Part shown: positions 63,971 through 64,000 of the stretch, one piece after another
Position numbering within the stretch: position 1 is the first letter of the stretch
Layout of the letters: each line of letters begins with the position of its first letter
The notes under the pieces: model-generated
Told to the model about the DNA's origin: nothing
Databases searched by the model: none
Seen by the model: the letters and a program-made list of their open reading frames with translations, nothing else
Made by a program: the position numbers and the translations under genes
NCBI GenBank assembly: GCA_038087875.1
Contig: CM075977.1
Coordinates: 125,488,001-125,552,000 of the forward strand
DNA from: Malacoraja senta
Lineage: Eukaryota
Length of the DNA: 64,000 nucleotides
Direction of reading: 5' to 3'

Positions 63971-64000
63971 GCACCGGCTGATCAATATCAATATGTGCTG

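Overview
Vertebrate genomic DNA, most likely from a skate or ray (inferred from the SINE/CR1/Penelope repeat complement). The window lies inside the tumour-suppressor gene APC on the + strand. Five consecutive coding exons are present (23175-23265, 48798-48999, 51861-51969, 56961-57076, 59225-59308), equivalent to about human residues 46-243. The first coding exon (MAAASYDQ...) was not found and is presumably upstream. The 56961-57076 exon carries a +2 nt frameshift with an in-frame TAG, most likely an assembly error. The introns are packed with nested transposable elements: CR1, Rex/Babar- or L2-type and L1 LINEs; tRNA-derived SINEs; Penelope-like remnants; hAT and Harbinger-type MITEs; a complete non-autonomous Helitron; and a deleted endogenous retrovirus with a tRNA-Ser primer site. 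The most notable features are (1) about 10 short Penelope-derived insertions, most carrying a minimal hammerhead-ribozyme-like core and six sense to the APC pre-mRNA, (2) several long foldback hairpins, including locally templated inversions, and (3) the ERV. There is one 145-nt assembly gap. No clearly new protein-coding system is supported; nearly all ORFs in the track are TE-derived or spurious.
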